From Entomortierella parvispora E1425 (taxonomy: Eukaryota > Fungi > Mortierellomycota): a stretch of 64,000 nt of DNA. The notes beneath the pieces were generated by a model that ran no database searches, was not told where the DNA came from, and saw only the letters and a list, made by a program, of their open reading frames with translations. This document shows positions 39,157 through 49,952 of the stretch, piece after piece; the first letter of the stretch is position 1; every line of letters starts with the position of its first letter. The position numbers were made by a program, and so were the translations under genes. Location of the stretch: the NCBI GenBank assembly GCA_020891255.1, contig BQFW01000007.1:1736001-1800000 (forward strand), read 5' to 3'.

Positions 39157-40149
39157 ATGCAAGCATTGACTCCACTCCTCTTTTCAATGCTGTTCCCTCG
39201 CTTCAGCTCGTCAAAAGCCGGCAACGGCGCAGAAAGATATCCTGATGCCGATGATCAATCCCTTCCACACGAGTCTCTACTCGGTGCTCGACACAGCATC
39301 AGCAACGAGATGACCTTCGAAGAGGGGTATCCAGTCCAGGAACAATATCACCATCAGACTTCCAAGGCTCGTCGCCACCACAGTACAGACTCAACACTGG
39401 CACTCAACGGAGGCACTCCTCGTCGCAGTGATGCAAAGACTCGAACTCCTGGCGGCAACAACAGTTTCGTCAGCAGCAACTACAGCAACACCAACAATAA
39501 CGCGGACCACGAACCACTGAGTTCCAACCTCAGCCGTCGCAGTGGCACCTTCCCCCCACAGGGTGGACGACGGGCTGCCCGGCCCAAGCGCCTTTCGCTT
39601 GATCACGCTTCCTACATTGCTACTTATCCATCCCTGGACGGACTTGGGGACTTGGGCCGCACGAGCAGTCTTGAGTACTTTAGGGATCCTGCTGCACCGA
39701 GGAGGGCCAACAGCGGCGGCTCGAGGCTACGCAGTTCACAAGAAACAATGACCATGCCCTCCTCTCGCACCTCGACCAGCTCTATTTCCTCGATGGTTTC
39801 GGATGCCTCTTCCTCGACCGTGTCCTCCTCTTGCTCTTCTGTTCGCGAGCCATTGACGCCAACAACTCGCTCCCCCAACTACAAGAGTATTTTGAGTCTT
39901 GAAACATCCGGAAGCAACCAGAAGAAGCAGCGCTCTGCCGTCTCTAGAAAGTCTGTCCAGATGGCCATGGTAGATGATATTTTGGGCGACAACCAAGAGA
40001 GCTCTACCGTTCATACTGGAAACCTTTGCCTCTCTCCTCAATCCAACAACTTTTTCGGTGATGAGAGCAGCCAGTTCAGCTCGATGGTCGAGTCGACAAC
40101 AACAGGAGGCCCCGAGGCGCGTGGGCGGAGACAATTGACTGCCCACTAA
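39157..40149 (+). CDS. Hypothetical Ser/Arg-rich disordered protein, 330 aa, single exon
   Basis: Long ORF with ACC-ATG context after a pyrimidine-rich leader. No recognisable domain. Confidence 0.5.
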   Translation: MQALTPLLFSMLFPRFSSSKAGNGAERYPDADDQSLPHESLLGARHSISNEMTFEEGYPVQEQYHHQTSKARRHHSTDSTLALNGGTPRRSDAKTRTPGGNNSFVSSNYSNTNNNADHEPLSSNLSRRSGTFPPQGGRRAARPKRLSLDHASYIATYPSLDGLGDLGRTSSLEYFRDPAAPRRANSGGSRLRSSQETMTMPSSRTSTSSISSMVSDASSSTVSSSCSSVREPLTPTTRSPNYKSILSLETSGSNQKKQRSAVSRKSVQMAMVDDILGDNQESSTVHTGNLCLSPQSNNFFGDESSQFSSMVESTTTGGPEARGRRQLTAH

Positions 40150-41629
40150 AAGGACAAAACAACTGGTCCCGTTCCCCCCTCCCCTCCCCTCTCTGATCCA
40201 ACCAACAACAACAACAACATCGACAACATCAACAGCATCAAAAATCACTCTCTCACGGCAAGCTGGACTTGGACCCATTTTGTGTAACTTCCCAAAAATC
40301 ACGGAAGGCTGGAACAACCAAATAGGCGGCAGGGAAAAAAAGCCGGTTCTTTTCCCTGCTCCCCTCCCCTCTCCTCATCCCCCTCCTGTTTTTCTGCGCA
40401 TTTGCTGGTCGCGAGACAAGGCGAGGAGGTTATTTCTTTCGTCATCACTATCATCTTCATCATCTCTCTTTTTCGTCGCCACTTGCCCACAAGAATGTAC
40501 TTGTGTGTGGGTGAGAGAGGGATAGAGGAAAACAAGGCGCCTTGGCGCCGGATTGTGTCGCTTTGTCCCTTGTTGTTCTCCCCAAATGTACAACAACTAT
40601 ACCCATTCCCACTTACCAAAGGCTCGGTTCTTCCCGTGGAGGCGCACGTTCCACTCTTTCCTCTCCTGTTGGACCGTCCCCATCCCCTTTGGCTCCATTA
40701 ATATTTTTTTTTTCTGTCTCCTTGAAAAAAAATTCCTTGGGACGAATGTGAGCCAGCATGGCTATCATGGCCGAAGCGGTCAAGCCAACTGGGAGCTCAT
40801 CAATTCCCCTTTGCCCATGTACTTTATCCCCTAACTTACAATAAAAAGAAAAACGAAAACACACCCTTACAAAATTGGTGGCAATGAGACTGCCTTTCGA
40901 TTTTTTTGTTTATTTATGAATGTGGCTGAGATGAAGTATAAATGCCTTCGAGTTTTCTCTTTTCTTCTTTTTCTCTTCATCCCTATCCTCTTCCCCTTCT
41001 CCTTTCCCTGGTCCTGTCTCATCCTTCCATCTCTCCCTCATTCTTTCTGTTCCTCATACACTCCATCCTTATGTCGATATCCGTCATAATAAAAAAGCAA
41101 TTGCAAAGTATCCCCCTCCCCTTCCCCTCTTGTGATGAATTTTTGCAATGAAAAATGTCTTTCCCTTCCCCTTCCCTTCGCACTCGCTATGATGAAATAA
41201 CATAGAGTCAAGCCCAGAACGAGGAACAAACTTCTCCCTCGTAATGCTGCATAACTTTATTAATTCTGAGCACATCCCTTCCCCCTCATCTTTGATATGT
41301 TGAAAGAGAAGAAAAAAAAGGAAAAAAGAAAAAAAAAACAATAAAAAAAGTAAAAATGAAAAGTTTGCGCGCTATGTTATGAGGAAAGTTGAAGATTCAA
41401 TGCTGTTTGGCCGCGAGATTGTGGGCTGTTTTGAATGAAGGATGCGTTGATTCAGATCTTGTGCATGGGATGAAATGCAATTCAGAAGATAACGCGTGAA
41501 AGCGAACAAGCCACTTGTTGGTGCTCGAACAGTTCGTGTTATTTGGCGGAGCGGACAAAGGGTGGGAGAGAAAATCGATGGATTGAAGCGATTCGCAGCA
41601 CAAAAAAAAGAGACGCGCATAGCAACCAG

Positions 41630-41990
41630 AGTACAACTGTCCTGGTCTGTGCTATCCTGTCCACCGTCGCCACTATCCCTGCATTCTTTATCCACGAGAG
41701 ACCCCCCAACACCCCCTTCGGCTTCAGCTGAGGAGGCTCTGAAGGAGATCATCGAGAGGCCATTCTGGGTCTTGTTGAAGAAGGTTACGGTCAACACACA
41801 GCTCTTGATGCTGATGATTGTTTTTGGTTCGTTCTTGGCCAACTCTGTGATCTTGTTGACCTCTCAGTTTATGGAACCTTTTGGTTATTCGACCGATGAA
41901 GCGGGTTACATGGGTGCAGTCATGGTCGTGGCTGCATTGATCGGCGTCGGCATTGCAGGGCCTGTGATGGACAAGACCAAGCAGTACGAG
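41630..41990 (+). pseudogene. Internal fragment of an SLC49/FLVCR-like MFS transporter with a +1 frameshift
   Basis: TTVLVCAILSTVATIPAFFIHER in one frame continues as PPTPPSASA...FWVLLK...N...PFGYSTDEAGYMG...GPVMDKTKQY in another. The shift falls in the C6 run at 41702-41707. No N- or C-terminal exons were found. Confidence 0.6.
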
Positions 41991-42603
41991 TGTGCCACCG
42001 AGCAGCTGAGAAAAATCGAGCAAGAGCAAGGGCTGATATCCCAGGTTACCTGGCGCTATGTGTGGCCGAGGTTGGCATTCGACTATTCCTCCCATCTCTC
42101 AAAATAGTCAAAGGGTGAAGTACAACAATACGTGCATCTAACTGAACATCCAAAGATGTCGGGAAGAACTCTCCAAGGCAGCTGTGAGGAAAATAAAGGG
42201 CAAATCCACACTGTCCAGTGTCTGCATTGCATCAACTCCAAGGAAACAAAGCTAGTTGTTCTCCAAATATTGCTTCTTCTTTGTCGCTTCAAACACTTGC
42301 GATTCTGCCACTATTCTCGTCCTTCATTGACCTTCAGCCCTGTGCTTTATCACTATATCTGGGTGTTGAAAGTCTGCTGGAGCGAAAAGAAAGACGCGCA
42401 ATTGCAACCACTTTGATAAGACCACCAGGGCTTGTCGTCTATATAAATACGCGGGGGAAGCTCCTCAGTGCTTGTTCATGTTGATGCACGCCTCCGCAAT
42501 ACAACTATCCCAACACTCCCCAAGGACTACGCACGCTTCCACAAGTATCATATCTACCATACCCTACCCTTACACTACTCAGTACCAGCATCCCCTTTCC
42601 CGC

Positions 42604-45159
42604 ATGCTACCTCAAGACGAAAACGGCCGTGTTTCTCGTGCCCGCAAGGTTTCCGTATCAGCATCCTTTGGATCCAGCGACCGCAACGACCTCTTCGTGC
42701 CTGTCGTACGTCCAATATCTCTCGTGGCTGCAGAGGTCACTAAGTTGATCACTGAGGTGAGGCCATTCTCTAGTCTGCAAGATCAAGGGCGACAGCCAGG
42801 CGGTCTTTTGGTCCACCACCATTCCCGCCATCAGGGTCAAGACGAGTATCCACATCAGCAACAGGCTGATCACCCGCAGCAACAACAGCAACAGCAACAA
42901 CAACAGCAGCAGCAGCAGCAGAGTCATTCACCCGACCAGACTGGCCCATGTCGAGTCACAGAGTCAACCCCGATGACCACATCTACCTCTTCCCCTTCTT
43001 GTGTTCTTTTGATTTCTGTTCCGTCAATCTCTTCGCCCTTGCCTTTGTCAAGCACGCCAATTCCACACGTCCAAGTTACAGCTATCGAAGACAATAGCGA
43101 TTTGAAAGACAGCATGGAGCCACAGTCCAGTATCAGAAGCATCAACCCTGAGATCGAGGAAGTCATCCGTGCACACTCACCGTCCATGCTGACTGCTTCT
43201 CTAAGCTCACAACAAGGCCCAGTTCAGCGACAGAGGCCACAAGCGATTGCTCGCTACACAACAGTCCCCTTCGCTGGCATGGTTCCTGATGGAGGAGACG
43301 ACTGCGAAGACTCTGTACCCGAACCATCCTTGGACACCCAGCAAGCTCAACAAGGCAGAACTTGCCTGGCAATCCTGTCCTCCACCAATTTAACGGGCTA
43401 TCCACCTGGAAGCAAAGGCATGGATAACTCGGGTGGTACAGCGATTGTACCAGCAGCTACGGTGGCGTCGGACATCCTTGGAAGTCATGTTTCCTCACCA
43501 TCTTCGCCCAAGTCGCCACCTCCACCCTTTGTTATCGTGGACACGACCACGAACGAGATTGTCAGTCGGCCATACGGCTGTACTCGTCCAAGGACTTTGA
43601 CTCTTGTTCGTGGTGCACTACCCGTAGTGTCGCAGTCTTGCTCTCCCTTTCCATATCCCTCCTCTGAATCAACGGCGGTTACTACGTTGGATCTCAGGAA
43701 CACAGGCCAGGGAAGGAGGCCAGAAACAGACGAGTATTCTGCAACCAATCGATCGCCTGTTCATCCTTTTCCGACTCCATTTACTCCAGCACCACCCGTC
43801 CCTTTGACTCGCAAGAACTCAAGTGCTGTGACTCCACGACAGTCTGAGGAGCTTGCTCATTTGGCGGCGGCTGTTCGCACCTATGGTCTTGGGAACCTCG
43901 TCATAGAGTCTGCAGAGCACAATGGCAGTCCATTATTGGCGAGTGAACAAGTCGAGGAAGAGGCAACAGGACTGGCTCCAACGGTCGCGCAAGCGCGTAA
44001 AGGCAAAAAACGCCATCCTCTTCACCCAAAGCGACTGATTAACGCACTAAAAGGCCGTAAACGCGCCACCAAGAAGTCCTCGCCCGGGTTAGAGGTAAAC
44101 AGCTCGGGACAAGATGAAGAGAGCGAGGTTAACCAGCCGAATGCGCCTGATCACGATGGCTCAAGTCCAGTAACCAGGAGCACGAGTTTTGCAGCCAAAT
44201 GTCGACGTGGTTGGAAAGCAATCCGTCAATTGCCTAAGAGGCTCTTTGGTTCTCGAGTGAGGGATGGAGAAGGCGCAGGCAAGAGCACTACAGGCTGTCT
44301 TGGACCCATTGTAGGCGTCGAGGAGAGAGGAGGGGACGCGCTTGACGACAATGAAGGGAGGTCGCCTCTTGCTGCCAGTGCAACGGCAACCACTACCGAT
44401 ACCGCCACTATTGGTTCTCGAAGATACCGATGGTGGCTGGCTCCTTCGATTAAAACGACACGAGCGTTGATGCAGCCCCCCCTGTCCCCTCCTGTCGATC
44501 AGATTCAAAGCCAAGTTCAAGCTCAGGATCAGGTTTCGGTAGAGGCCCTGTCGATGCGAGTGTGTCCCCTTGAGGTCCAGTCTCCTCATTCAAGTCGAGC
44601 TGAATCGATCTTGGGCGACCCCTGGGCCAATTGGACCTCTTCTTGTGTCAACAATATCGCAACGGGGGTCGCTCTACACGCCCTTGCTAACCCAGCAATC
44701 TCACCCTCCAGCATCTCATCTACGGCCATGGAGGAGTTCATGATCTCGCAGAATTCGACCAGAGAAGACGAGCTCAATGAAACCAATGAAAGTGAGATCC
44801 TGCACGCCAATATTGTCGACGAAGGAGCGGACAAGAGTGACATGCAGGGCAACCGCAATGACATCAGGAGCAATGACCACAATGAAGGCAATGCGTCGAA
44901 GGATATGGAGGAGGCTCATTCTCTAGATATGTCCGACTCTATCTCTATGGCGAATTCGGCCTCGGTTGTTTTGCAACGGCGACCTCCTTCAAGTCGCGAG
45001 CGACGGACCTTGACTAGTGCCAGACGCCCTGCCTCGTGGAGCTGGTCTTTTGGATACGCAAAGAGCCACACTACTGCTCTGGCCCAACGCCAAGTTCGAA
45101 CAAGCTGGCCATCCTTCGAGGGCCAGAGCTGGGCCAAGTGTGAGCCCATGTGGGGATAA
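42604..45159 (+). CDS. Hypothetical low-complexity protein (about 850 aa, polyQ, S/P/T-rich, basic clusters), single exon
   Basis: 2.7-kb stop-free ORF with a TATA-like TATATAAAT near 42440. No domain recognised. The ATG choice (42604 or 42478) is uncertain. Confidence 0.6.
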   Translation: MLPQDENGRVSRARKVSVSASFGSSDRNDLFVPVVRPISLVAAEVTKLITEVRPFSSLQDQGRQPGGLLVHHHSRHQGQDEYPHQQQADHPQQQQQQQQQQQQQQQSHSPDQTGPCRVTESTPMTTSTSSPSCVLLISVPSISSPLPLSSTPIPHVQVTAIEDNSDLKDSMEPQSSIRSINPEIEEVIRAHSPSMLTASLSSQQGPVQRQRPQAIARYTTVPFAGMVPDGGDDCEDSVPEPSLDTQQAQQGRTCLAILSSTNLTGYPPGSKGMDNSGGTAIVPAATVASDILGSHVSSPSSPKSPPPPFVIVDTTTNEIVSRPYGCTRPRTLTLVRGALPVVSQSCSPFPYPSSESTAVTTLDLRNTGQGRRPETDEYSATNRSPVHPFPTPFTPAPPVPLTRKNSSAVTPRQSEELAHLAAAVRTYGLGNLVIESAEHNGSPLLASEQVEEEATGLAPTVAQARKGKKRHPLHPKRLINALKGRKRATKKSSPGLEVNSSGQDEESEVNQPNAPDHDGSSPVTRSTSFAAKCRRGWKAIRQLPKRLFGSRVRDGEGAGKSTTGCLGPIVGVEERGGDALDDNEGRSPLAASATATTTDTATIGSRRYRWWLAPSIKTTRALMQPPLSPPVDQIQSQVQAQDQVSVEALSMRVCPLEVQSPHSSRAESILGDPWANWTSSCVNNIATGVALHALANPAISPSSISSTAMEEFMISQNSTREDELNETNESEILHANIVDEGADKSDMQGNRNDIRSNDHNEGNASKDMEEAHSLDMSDSISMANSASVVLQRRPPSSRERRTLTSARRPASWSWSFGYAKSHTTALAQRQVRTSWPSFEGQSWAKCEPMWG
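42876..42921 (+). repeat. CAG/CAA trinucleotide tract encoding polyQ
   Basis: In-frame run of about 15 Gln codons in the 42604-45159 ORF. Confidence 0.9.
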
Positions 45160-46304
45160 TAATTGATCGTTTTGGAAGACAAAGAGAGACGAGCACAAAA
45201 CACAGGGAAGTGACCACATTTGCGTCAATTGCTTCGCGCCACAACCTTTAGGCGAGGAATGGTGGTTAAACTGTCCAACAGACCAGCCAAACAGTAAGCA
45301 AAGAAGATTACACAAACAAGGAGACAAAGAGTCGGAGATAGGGCCTTGTCCACGAAATAAAACACGGATGGACAAAAGGTCTAATCGACATATTCAAGCC
45401 TTCAAATACAGGACGTCAAGGGTGAATGAAAAGTAGAAGACAGCCATGGGTTTTGTCAGAGACAAGGGAAAGAGTTGATCAACCGTGGGATCTTTTTTTA
45501 GCAGAAGCAAGAGAAGCAATCGAGACAAAAAAGAGAGAGCAAAAATGGTGTGGAAGACCAGACAAGATGGGTTGGTTGTCAGCGCCCCACCTGTTTCTTT
45601 TCTCCGAAAGATAAAAAAGAAAAGAGTTGATGTGAGCCTGTTCGCATGGTGTTTGGGCAGGTATTCAGCAGCAGGCACAGTGTGTTGTTGTTCAATCGAG
45701 GGTTTGATTGAAGATTGTCGAAACAAATGAAATATCTCGTATTTCAGAGGCCGTTGGGAAACAAACGGACGAATTACATACACAAGCAAAGCAGGAAGAA
45801 GGAAAAAAAAAGGGAAGGAATTTCGGGTTGTGCCTGTCTGTGCCTCTCTGCCTCTCCGTGCCTGAACGTGCCCGAGTGCGTCTCGTCTCTGTCGCGCAAG
45901 TCTTTTTTGGTCCTTGAGAGTGTTCTGGACCAGCAGCCTCTCCCGCTCCCTTCTTCTTCCTCGTTCCCTTCTTCTTCCTCCCTCCTTGCATCATCATCTT
46001 TCTTCCTTCTCATTGCATTCCTGCATTCATCCTCCTCTTCTTCCATCCTCCACTGCATCTGTCTCCCCTCCTTCATTCCGTTAACGACCCCCTTTTCTGG
46101 ACACCACCTCTTTTTCATCGCTTTTATTTTCCTCCCGACGTCCACACTCCTCCCTTTCCTTCGCCCCTTCGTTAACTTGGTTCTGGCATCTGCTCTTAGT
46201 TCCCTCCTTTGTTGTTATTGTATTCGTCTGGCCTTCTCCGTCTCAGCAATCGTTATATCCCCTCCCTCCCTCCCTCCTCCTCAGGGATCGCCAACCATAT
46301 CATC

Positions 46305-48002
46305 ATGGCTTTGTTCAAGGCTCTCGAGACATGGACGACTCGCCGTTATGTCTTCTTTACTATCTGGCTTCTCGTCCACATTGGTTTCTTCATTTTCGGT
46401 TACCTGCGCGTGAAGGACGTGCCCTTGCTCGACAATCTCAATATCCCTTTGGGTTACTCTCTCTGGATCGCTCGTGGAGGCGGTGTCTGTCTTATCTGGG
46501 ATTGCTGTATCATCTTGCTCCCAGTCTGCCGTAACATCCTCCGCATCCTTCGCGTTTCGTGGATCTTCAACAAGTTGATCCCGGTCGATGAAGCTATCTG
46601 GTTCCACAAGATTACGGCCTACTCCATTTTGGTCTGCACCACCATCCATGCTGTCAGTCATTATATCAACTTTTTCAAGATGGATTATCAACATCGTGTC
46701 CTCCACAACCCGGGCTTCACCATGACGGCGGCCGAGTTGTTGTACAAGTCTCCCGCGGGTGTGACGGGCAACATCATGTTGCTGTGCATGGTCTTGATGT
46801 ACACGACCGCCAAACAGACCCAGAGGAACAAGTCGTTCGAGTCCTTTTGGTACACGCATCATTTGGCCTTTGTGTTTTTGGGATCATTGATGTTCCACGG
46901 TATCGGATGCATTGTCAAGGATGAGCTCGGCCACTGCCGTGGATACAAGAGTTATCGGTTCTTGTTGGTTGGTTACATCCTTTACATTCTGGAACGCGGG
47001 ATCCGAGTTTACAGAAGTCGACAGGACACGAGGCTGGTCAAGGCGATTCAACATCCTGCAGGTGTCATTGAATTGCAGATCCAAAAGCCCTCGTTCCAGT
47101 ACAAGCCCGGTCAATATCTGTTTATCAACGTACCAGATGTCAGCAAGTACCAGTGGCATCCCTTCACGATCACCTCTTCGCCCTATGAGAACTATGTCTC
47201 GGTTCATATTCGACAGGTCGGCGATTGGACTCGAGCCCTCGGCAGTCGCATGGGTGTCGAGAAGGAGGGTGGACGCGGTGATGGAAAGGCTTCAGGAAGT
47301 CAGGCAGCAAAGGCGGGACCCACTCGACCTCATGGATCTCGACCCGAGAAGACCGTCGATCTTGTGGACGATCGTGGAGAAGAGATTCGTGTCCGGGCTG
47401 GTTTCTCCATGCCTGTAGTCAAGGTTGATGGACCTTTCGGTGCCCCTACAGAGGATGTCTTTGACCACGAGATTGTGGTCCTGGTCGGTTCCGGTATCGG
47501 TGTCACCCCTTTTGCCTCGATCTTGCGCGATATCTGGTACAGAGCCAACAACAACATGCCTCTCAAGACCAAGCGGATCGAGTTCTACTGGGTCTGCCGT
47601 GACCTGGCCTCACTCAAGTGGTTCCAGTCGCTGTTGGCGACTATCGAGGGTTCGATGATGAACGTTAAGCTCAACATTAATATCTATTGTACAGCGGTCA
47701 TGAAGCCCGATCAACACCACAACATTGCGCTGCATCTTCACGACGACTTCTCAGGCGCGGATACCATTACGGGTTTGAGGGCTTTGACCAACTTTGGTCG
47801 TCCCAACTTTGGTGCCATCTTCTCGGAATTGCGTCAGGGAATCCAGGACGGAACATACATGCCCGGAGCCAACCAGGAATTGGTGGTTGACGTCGCTGTA
47901 TTCTTCTGTGGCCCTGGTGCCATGGCCAAGTCCCTCAGGAAGGAGTCTAGAATCCAAAGTAAGAACGGCGTCAAGTTTTCTTTCCGTAAAGAACATTTCT
48001 AA
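46305..48002 (+). CDS. noxA: NADPH oxidase catalytic subunit (gp91phox / NoxA type), intronless
   Basis: Heme His pairs (WFHK...IHAVSH and YTHHL...MFHG), FAD-binding WHPFTITS, VDGPFG, NADPH-binding GSGIGVTPF, FFCGP and terminal KEHF. No EF-hand extension. Confidence 0.93.
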   Translation: MALFKALETWTTRRYVFFTIWLLVHIGFFIFGYLRVKDVPLLDNLNIPLGYSLWIARGGGVCLIWDCCIILLPVCRNILRILRVSWIFNKLIPVDEAIWFHKITAYSILVCTTIHAVSHYINFFKMDYQHRVLHNPGFTMTAAELLYKSPAGVTGNIMLLCMVLMYTTAKQTQRNKSFESFWYTHHLAFVFLGSLMFHGIGCIVKDELGHCRGYKSYRFLLVGYILYILERGIRVYRSRQDTRLVKAIQHPAGVIELQIQKPSFQYKPGQYLFINVPDVSKYQWHPFTITSSPYENYVSVHIRQVGDWTRALGSRMGVEKEGGRGDGKASGSQAAKAGPTRPHGSRPEKTVDLVDDRGEEIRVRAGFSMPVVKVDGPFGAPTEDVFDHEIVVLVGSGIGVTPFASILRDIWYRANNNMPLKTKRIEFYWVCRDLASLKWFQSLLATIEGSMMNVKLNINIYCTAVMKPDQHHNIALHLHDDFSGADTITGLRALTNFGRPNFGAIFSELRQGIQDGTYMPGANQELVVDVAVFFCGPGAMAKSLRKESRIQSKNGVKFSFRKEHF

Positions 48003-48257
48003 AAGAGCGCCTTGACATCATCCTATTCATATCTCCATGAGTCAAAAAAAAACAAAATACATATAAAAAGACATGCACAGATAACCGATAAATAACGAAG
48101 AAGTGGTAGCTGGCCTGTGAAGAGTGTATGAAAGTACTCAAAGTGGATGAGTTTGTTTATATCTATGGAGTACGCGGCTTCTGAAAAAGTTGTATTATAT
48201 GACGAGAACGATGATGTTGAAATGGGAATAGTTGCTATCGGCTTGGAAACAAACAGT

Positions 48258-49818
48258 TTACAGGAAGAACTTGTAGAGAGCGAAACCGGCGACAGCAGCG
48301 ACGGCGACGAGAATCTGGGTGGCACTATATCGAGAAAAAAAATAGTCGTGGAACGAAAGGGAGCAGAGCAGGTGGCGTGATCACGATCATGATCATGAAC
48401 AAAAAGAGAGCGAGAAAAGAGAGGACACAAAAGCCAGAGGGTCAGTATAACGTGTTCCAAGAGAGAGCAGGTGCGTATGTGCAGTGCTCAAAGCCCGAGG
48501 ATGAAGCTGACAAACACTAATTGTGTCTTCAACCCCTTGCCAAGCCCAAAAAAAAAAAAAAAAAAAAGATCCAAAAGAACTCGAGCACAGGTCATTGATA
48601 AGCATCACGCTCTGTGTAGGAATGAACGCCAAGGGAGAAGAAGTGATCAGTCGGATCGGGACAAAAAGGACTCTCGTTCGTCTTATTCATAGGAGTTGGA
48701 GAGTTCTTTCTTTTGGGTACATGAGGGTATGATCTGCGCTTCTATTCTGTTCTTGTCGTTGTTGCTGTCCGTGGTCGTCGATCGCCATCGACAGTGAGAG
48801 GGAATGGAATGGAATGGGATAGGCAGACTTATCGAAGAATGCTCGAGAAGATGGATGTTATTCTCGTCCGTTTTGGGTAGGCGTCGACGTCCTTCGCAAG
48901 GCGCCCGAGTCCGTCCTTTGGTTGCTGATGGGGCGTAAGGCGCAAAGAGACATGTTTCCCACCCCTTCCTCCTCTTTCTCTTTGCACCATTAGAAAAATC
49001 CCTTAACCCAAGAAACCCACCTTCCAGAGTCCTGGTTCTGCTTGGCGGGGATGGGCTTAGGGGTGCCAGAGGAGGCAGACTTGGCCTGCTTGCCAGAGCC
49101 CTAAGAGAGTAGTAGCAACAACAGTGCGTTAGCTTTCCTGCGAACAACCCTTATCAGATCCAGCCAAAGGTAACGATGCCCTTGCGCCATCAGTCCTCTG
49201 CGCCATTGCACAGTGACTTCAAACACAAACAGGCTGCGTCGAAACATTGTGTGTCACGGATAAAAACTTACATCGGTCTGGAACTCTCCGACGTACATCT
49301 TGGCCATGATCTCACGGGCCTCATCCGAATGTCCGACATCCTCGAAAGACTCGGTGGCATCCTTGCCGGCCTCATCAATCAAAACCTCCTCTCCACCGGG
49401 ATGCTAGTGAGGATAGAAAAATAGTAGAAAAAAAAGATAGATGGTGAGCACAAAAATGGTCATCATTCGCAACTCCTCCTGAAGATAACTGATCGAGGAT
49501 GAAGCGTAAAAGTCGTCAAGTCAAGCTCGTTGGCTCCACACAGAAAAGATGTGGGGACCAGAGGGAATCTCCTTTGAATAAATGGAATCTTGAAGGAGAC
49601 CGAGCCGAGTAGAATGAGTCCGAAGCGAACCGTCATCCAAGGAACCCAGGGGTCGACTCAGGGGTAAGAGATGGGATGAGGAAGAAAGCAGGAGAGAAAC
49701 ACACCTCGTCAATGAACTCGGTGCAGTCGTAGACCTTGCCTCCGACAGCGAGGTAGAGACTGTCCTTGGAGGAGTGGTTGGCCAAGTCGGCGGTGGTGAA
49801 GGTCTTGATCTCGGACAT
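48258..49818 (-). CDS. CYB5: Cytochrome b5, tail-anchored, 4 exons
   Basis: [11 protein letters not shown]|HPGGEEVL...[14 protein letters not shown] heme motif. The last exon (48324-48258) encodes the TM tail [21 protein letters not shown] after a TACTGAC branch point and TAG acceptor. Confidence 0.93.
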
Positions 49819-49908
49819 TGTGAAAAGCTGGTGAGTGTGGAAGGTGGGGAAGAAAGAAAAAAAAAAGATAGAACCTGTCGAAATACGTAAAGGAGCAAAA
49901 AATCATGA

Positions 49909-49917
49909 TCACGTGAC
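49909..49917. promoter_or_regulatory. E-box TCACGTGAC about 90 bp upstream of the CYB5 start
   Basis: Palindromic bHLH site in the 134-bp gap between VTI1 and CYB5. Confidence 0.4.
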
Positions 49918-49952
49918 TCTTTATTCGACGTACAGTAAGAGAAACTGGTTTT

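Noticed and set aside
48147-48380. Acidic plus-strand ORF downstream of noxA
   Set aside because: It is antisense to the CYB5 last exon encoding the TM tail.
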